Shown here: positions 63,779 to 64,000 of the stretch, piece after piece
Position numbering within the stretch: position 1 is the stretch's first letter
Layout: each line of letters starts with the position of its first letter
From: Chara braunii
Lineage: Eukaryota; Plantae; Charophyceae
DNA: 64,000 nucleotides
NCBI GenBank assembly: GCA_003427395.1
Contig: BFEA01000025.1
Span: 3,580,038-3,644,037 of the forward strand
Reading direction: 5' to 3'
Position numbers and translations under genes: made by a program
The notes under the pieces: generated by a model
Told to the model about the DNA's origin: nothing
Database searches by the model: none
The model's input: only the letters and a program-made list of their open reading frames with translations

Positions 63779-64000
63779 AAAAGAAAGTTAGGGGCAAACG
63801 AAACAGTGAGGAGGAAAATAAGCACTTGATGATGTGTGATTTGTCGTGCGGCTAGTGCTGAAAATATAAACAATTTCAATAACAACATAACCTGTGATAC
63901 TTACGATGTATTATGCGGCTAGTGCTGAAAAGATAAACAATTTCAATAACAACGTAACCTGTGATACTTATGATGTATTATGCATACGGCACTGCTGTGG

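Overview
Eukaryotic, repeat-rich plant-lineage genomic DNA. Multi-kb introns, a plant-type plastid KARI and dense repeats suggest a streptophyte alga such as Chara (inference only). There are two + strand host genes: a complete 4-exon TMEM53/DUF829 alpha/beta-hydrolase-fold gene (3944-18813) and the first two exons of plastid ketol-acid reductoisomerase (57064-63566, continuing past the window). Between them lie a decayed ~17 kb Helitron (Rep/Pif1 pseudogene with its HUH motif deleted, a captured Ty3/gypsy integrase piece, orphan ORFs), a Penelope-like RT fragment, tRNA-derived SINEs, and many MITEs (hAT, PIF/Harbinger, Tc1/mariner, TTAA-flanked). The most unusual signal is four U6 snRNA retrocopies, all inside introns and three of them within about 100-350 bp of an exon. 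A Nextera mate-pair junction adapter (10730-10767) is an assembly artefact.
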